Below the pieces are notes generated by a model. The model worked only from the letters and a program-made list of their open reading frames with translations, was not told where the DNA came from and searched no databases. A stretch of 64,000 nucleotides of DNA from Lepidodermella squamata (Eukaryota; Animalia; Gastrotricha): contig JBLDXI010000074.1 in NCBI GenBank assembly GCA_047495785.1, positions 434,001 to 498,000 of the forward strand, read 5' to 3'. This document shows positions 58,954 to 64,000 of the stretch, piece by piece (position 1 is the first letter of the stretch; each line of letters starts with the position of its first letter). The position numbers and the translations under genes were made by a program.

Positions 58954-59245
58954 ATGATGAATTTCAAAGTTGCTATCATTCTGGCGGCTATTCTCAGCGT
59001 CACGTTCGCGCAGAATGGTGAAACTATAAGACTTCCCTAAATTCAATGCGATAACATTCTCAAATCCAACAGGTCGTCCCACAGGAACCAACGGCGGTGG
59101 TGTCAATGGCGGAGGATCAGCAGGCACTGGAGGCTCAATTTCTCAGACCGGAAACGGAGCTTCAGTCCCCAACGGTGGTTCTAGCGGCACTGCACCTTCA
59201 CAGCCTACGGCTGGAAATGGAGGCACTAGAAATGGCGGTCGTTGA
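58954..59245 (+). CDS. Small secreted Gly/Asn/Ser/Thr-rich peptide (78 aa), two exons 58954-59017 and 59073-59245
   Basis: MMNFKVAIILAAILSVTFA|QNGRPTGTNGGGVNGGGSAGTGGSISQTGNGASVPNGGSSGTAPSQPTAGNGGTRNGGR*. A 55-nt phase-1 GT-AG intron follows the signal-peptide exon. AATAAA at 59367-72. Confidence 0.8.
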
Positions 59246-59413
59246 AGCAATTTCCACTTCAAAAAGAGGAGAGACACATCTAAAAAAATGTTGAGGGGTT
59301 CGAGAAGTTTCTTTGAGCGATCTGCATAATTTTATTTCGTAATTTTCAATAACTTCTCAAAATATAAATAAATAAATATATTTCTCTCATGCAATTCATT
59401 CAAAAGAGTGTTA

Positions 59414-62400
59414 TCAAACAGCAGCTGGTAAGATTCCTTTGTCAATTAGCGCTTGGTTATCACCGTTGAAGTGAGCGTCGATTTCATCCTGCGCCATTGG
59501 ATGCGCAGTCATGATAACATTGTCGATTGAACCAATGAATTGGCCGTAAGTTGGGTCAGCACCGATACGGTAATCACATTGGCCCAGAGCCAATTGGTAC
59601 CCAGTGAGCTGCGCACTATCCGCTTGGCGCTGTAATAAATAAAGGCTATAGAAATATTTCGAAGGATCCGAAAAACTAACCCCATTAACGTAGAGCTTCG
59701 CAGTTCCAGCAGAGTAGATAACGCAAGTCTGGGTCCAATTGCTGTTGCCATCAGAAATAGGTCCAGTTAGGGTAACAGATTCGCCTGAAATCGATCGAAG
59801 AACAGCTACGGTATCGGAACCATTGGTAACCGCGATGATAATAGTAGAGATGGTAGAAGTGCTGTCGAGGTTGTTGGAAATCAAACCACCGCTAGTGCAG
59901 GTAGATGCGTCTCCAGAATCCGAAGCACATCTATAACAAAAGATTCCATGTAACAGGTTAAATGTGGAAAAGGGTAAAAGATGGGAAAAGGGCTTGATGC
60001 CATGGTTATACAGCGTGTCCCATAAGTAACGCAAAGGTTATGGAACGAAAAGGGTTCAGAAAATGATAAACGAAGTCAGTCACATCTCAAGGCCAGTAAT
60101 TAAAAAATTTCAAATACCAGATTTTTTATTAAAAATGCAAAAAAATCACGAGAATAGTAATCGAGTAAGTCACTTGATATGGGATTAAAAAAAATCCGAA
60201 TAAATTTGGTTCAACGGGGTAAAATACCGAAAATTACCGAACCAGTTACCATCGGGTATTTCCGGGTTTACTTCGGTAATTTCTTTATTGAACAAATGAA
60301 CAAATGAACAAATGAAAATGTTTTATTTTACGTCCACCTTCGGCTAAAGTGATGGTAATATATATATAAGCCTTACCCGTGAGGGTTTAGGGGACGGCTG
60401 ACGACGAGAGATCAGCTTCAGGAACAGTCGCGAACAATCTGCTTTTTCCCATGAATTCATAATTTTCTATACTGTTACATAGTAGCTGCCATTATTCCCG
60501 GTCTCTAGCTGTTACTTCCGCCAATTCTAAATCCGCTGGCGGCCTGCCGCGAGGATAATTTCTTTATTTTTCCGGTTAAATCTGGAATTTTCTCTCGGTA
60601 TGTTTAATTTGAAAAAAATTGAATTCCTGGCAAAAAAGTTGCCAAATTAATTCTTTTTCTTCTGGGTCACGCTGTAGGAAGGTAACTAACCTGAAAAAGA
60701 GGCACCAAGATCCTTGATCGCGGAAGTCGTGATTTTTGAGGCCGGGAACATCAATCTGTCCACCACTGAACACCGCAGAATTCGAACTATTCCCAACTTC
60801 ACTACCCTCACCATCGCCAAGCGACACATTCTGGCAAACAAAGGTCGAAAAATGTTGGACAGAATGGTCGTTGAAGTCGGTATCGAACGGCAAATACAAC
60901 AGAGCCTGGTGGCCACTCGCGAAATTCGGCGCAACAACCGGCCCGCCTGACTCGCAACGGCACGAAGATACGTCAAACTGCGTCAACGGAGGGCAGGCCA
61001 ACGAAATCACCCTAGCGCCGAGATAGATCAAATACCGACCCGAGAAGCCGTTGTAGCTACCCAGCGTATTGTTGTATTGGTCAATGCAAACCGTATCATT
61101 CACTCGAATCGTAGCTACGGTCGTCACATTAACGGACTGCTGCGTCGGGGAGACGCAAGTTGCCGAGCAGGCCACCTCGTACCTACAACTGCAGGACGTA
61201 GCGTCGAAGCCAGTTTCAGGCGGGCAGCACTGCTGGTAGCTAGCCCCGTTCGCGCACGTGAAAAACTCGGCGCAGTTCGTCGGCGAGGCGTAGCAATGCG
61301 CCTGATTCGAGTTGTACAGCGTTTGGTTCATGCAAACGTCCGTGCAGGGCGTCGGGCCCTCTGGGATGCATGTCGAGATGTAAGGGTAGAAGAAGGTACC
61401 GGGCGGGCATTGATTGCGAAGACCGACAGCCCGATTGCCGCCGAAGTACATGCATTGGAAGAACGAGTGGCAGTCGTCTGGGTTAGCGTACAGCCCGCTT
61501 TGGTGGCACGTATCGCGGCACTGGAAGCAGAATTCGTTGGCTTGCGTGTCGTTCAGCGGGACGGCACCGCCGACCAAACCAATTTCCGAGACCGTGGTTG
61601 TCGAGGTTGAAGTGGATTCTGTCGAAGTAGACGTGGTGGAGGTCGATTCCGTAGTGGTGGTTGTAGTTTCCGGAGTTGTGGTCTCAGTGGTTGTCGTTGG
61701 GGTTGAAGTCGTAGTGCTTTCTGTGGTGGTCGAGGGGGTTGAAGTTGAAGTGGTCGATTCCGTAGTAGTAGTGGTCTCGGTGCTCGTCGACGTGGTTTCA
61801 GGGGTCGTCGTAGTACTTTCTGTGGAGGTAGTCGTAGTCTCAGTGGTTGTCGTAGGGGTCGAAGTCGTAGTGCTCTCTGTTGTGGTCGAAGGGGTTGAAG
61901 TTGAAGTGGTAGATTCTGTAGAGGTGGTTGTGGTTTCAGGGGTCGTCGTAGTAGATTCTGTCGACGTGGTAGTAGTAGGGGTTGAAGTCGTAGTGGATTC
62001 CGTAGTAGTAGTGCTCTCGGTACTCGTCGAGGTAGTTTCAGGGGTCGTCGTGGTACTTTCTGTTGAGGTGGTCGTAGTCTCCGTGGTCGTCGTAGGGGTC
62101 GAAGTGGAAGTCGATTCCGTAGAGGTAGTTGTGGTCTCTGTAGTCGTAGTCGACTCAGTAGTGGTGGTCGGAGTTGTGGTCTCAGTGGTTGTCGTGCTTT
62201 CTGTCGTGGTCGAAGGCGTTGAAGTTGTAGTCGACTCTGTGGTAGTTGAAGAGGAGGTCGGATATGTAGACGTCAAAAGGCTAGGGCAATTCGGGCAAAT
62301 CTCCATCAGCAGCTCCGGCGTAGGGTCATACCACTCGGTAACATTGGTCGAATTCGTCGCCGGGATGAAGTAAATCGGCTTGCTAGCCAGCGGTTGGACA

Positions 62401-63233
62401 TAGCTCTTGTTGTACCCCTCGCCAAAGCCAATGACCACAACCGGAATGCCATGCGATTTCAGCTCACCAGCTTCTTCCATCGCGTCCTCCTGGCTTGACG
62501 GGGTGCTGCCTGTCATCAGGACAACGAGAACAGGTGCCTTGCGACGGTGGCCCCTCTTCGGAGCCAACACCTGGTACCGAACAGCCTCCAGCGCATCTCC
62601 CGCCTGCGATTCACTGCCGAGATCAGTTGTTGGGTAGTAACTCATCAAAGCCTGTCGCGATAACTCGTTCGAACTCGCGTTTTCGATCAAATACTTCGGG
62701 ATAAACACAAAAGACGCGTATTCAATGACAGCAGTTCGAAGGTTCATGCAAGACGGCAGATGGTCGTTCAAAACGTGGTTCATCGTCGGCCGGCCAATAG
62801 CGTTGTAGGTTGCGTTGTCGAAGTACGACCGATCGATAACGAAAATTATATCGACAGAACAGCAGTAGGTCACAGTTTGCGGGACCACGGCTACGACTGG
62901 CGGTGCCGTAGTGCTGGTCGTCGTTGTTGAGGTTGACGTCGACGATGATGAGGTCAAGTTTTGCGAGCAGAAGCACGAAATCATCCAGTGTGCGATTTCG
63001 TCGCTGTTCGAATTCGCGTCGACCGCTTTGTACCTGTCGGGCGAACTGGCGAGGGATTTGTAGTAGTAAGAGTCGTACATGTTGCCGATGCCGATCATTG
63101 AAATGACACCGCCAGCCATGCGCAGGTTTTCAGCTTCTTGAATGGCGCGATTTTGGAAGTCGGGATTGAAGCAGGAGAACACGTAGACTTGGGTCGGGTT
63201 GTTCAAAGACCGGCTTTGAACATCTCGCAATAC
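59414..63233 (-). CDS. Gene A (5'-partial): BMSP/Pif-like protein with at least two VWA domains, a Thr-rich mucin tract, chitin-binding domains and LamG; exons 63233-60691, 59930-59681, 59629-59414
   Basis: DIIFVIDRS..AVIEYAS VWA, DDCHSFFQC..CPPGTFF and TNCAEFFTC..CCPPETGFD, and LYLPFDTD..WTQTCVIY..LYVNG..FIGSIDNV. It is paralogous to gene B and shares two intron positions. Upstream exons lie beyond the window. Confidence 0.9.
61590..62270 (-). repeat. Coding low-complexity Thr/Ser/Glu/Pro tandem repeat (~225 aa, mucin-like)
   Basis: Repeated TTTESTTT / TPETT / STPS units with synonymous variation. Confidence 0.9.
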
Positions 63234-64000
63234 CTAGAAATGAAAGTATTTGAAAATCACCATATAAACGCTAAAAAATTCGACGCAAGTATTTCCGAAA
63301 AGCCTATTGGATTGATGAGATTCTTTTATCATTTCTCAAAGAGGCAGCAGTTATACATGCGTTCAAGCTATCTTCCGACCAACTGCAGAAATTCCATGAA
63401 GCAATGGCGAACTGGATCCGAACGCTCATTTAAAATAGGGCGCAATCTTCCAAGCTTAGTTTTTCCTTTAAATTGGAGCTGGTATCATTCAAGAAATGCC
63501 AGATGACTAGTTTGCGGTTTATATAAAGAATAAAATGGGGTTCCGATAACGTAGTCATTTTCTCCGCTTAAAATGGTCACTGGTGAAGTGCGTTAAATGA
63601 GCGGTCCTAAAATCGAACTTGGCAAAACCAAACCCTAACCAATCCATAACCCTGACCCGAACCTCACCCAAACCGCCAACTCCAATGCCTAGCCATCGTT
63701 TTGCCGAAAAACACAGTTCTATGAAAAAATTATGTATGAATGGTTGTTTTGTCTCTGAACCGCACAAAAACCCAACAAAATATTTTCTAAATTGTTTCGG
63801 TCGCTAGAAATTTATGGGTCTTCTTTTAGCGGAACCAAATTTGCCTGTTAGCGGAACCTAGTTTTAGAATTTTCAGTGGGCCTGAAACCACTTTTCGAAA
63901 CTTCCTAGGATGTCATGATTGATCAGCATAATTCAATATAAATCATCTTTAAATTCAGCGTAAAATTCTGTATATGACTCATTCTTCGCAACAGAATTCA

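Noticed and set aside
61414-62373. 319-aa Val-rich plus-strand ORF
   Set aside because: Antisense shadow of the Thr-rich coding repeat of gene A.
63537-63860. ccctaacc motifs as telomeric repeats
   Set aside because: Only a few degenerate units inside a short intronic repeat element; not a telomeric array.

Overview
Eukaryotic invertebrate genomic DNA with short 50-55 nt GT-AG introns and TTTTAG/TTTCAG acceptors. The VWA-chitin-binding-LamG genes suggest a spiralian, but that is inference. The left ~41 kb is almost all transposable elements: CR1/L2-like, RTE and Jockey/I-like LINEs, a Harbinger fragment, many MITEs and one young full-length Ty1/copia element. That copia has identical 229-bp LTRs, an ATAAT TSD and a half-tRNA PBS, and its gag and pol are in one frame separated by a single UGA. 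A 23.2-kb block of these elements (4068-27251) splits a duplicated exon of a host gene almost to the base. The right ~22 kb holds a compact host gene cluster. It comprises two Pif/BMSP-like VWA + chitin-binding + LamG genes, a two-exon Gly/Asn-rich secreted peptide gene missing from the ORF track, a divergent bestrophin lacking the acidic Ca2+ clasp, and a disrupted spectrin-repeat gene. The last three minus-strand genes are only ~170-240 bp apart, which is operon-like spacing. All domain calls are by eye from motifs; no searches were run.
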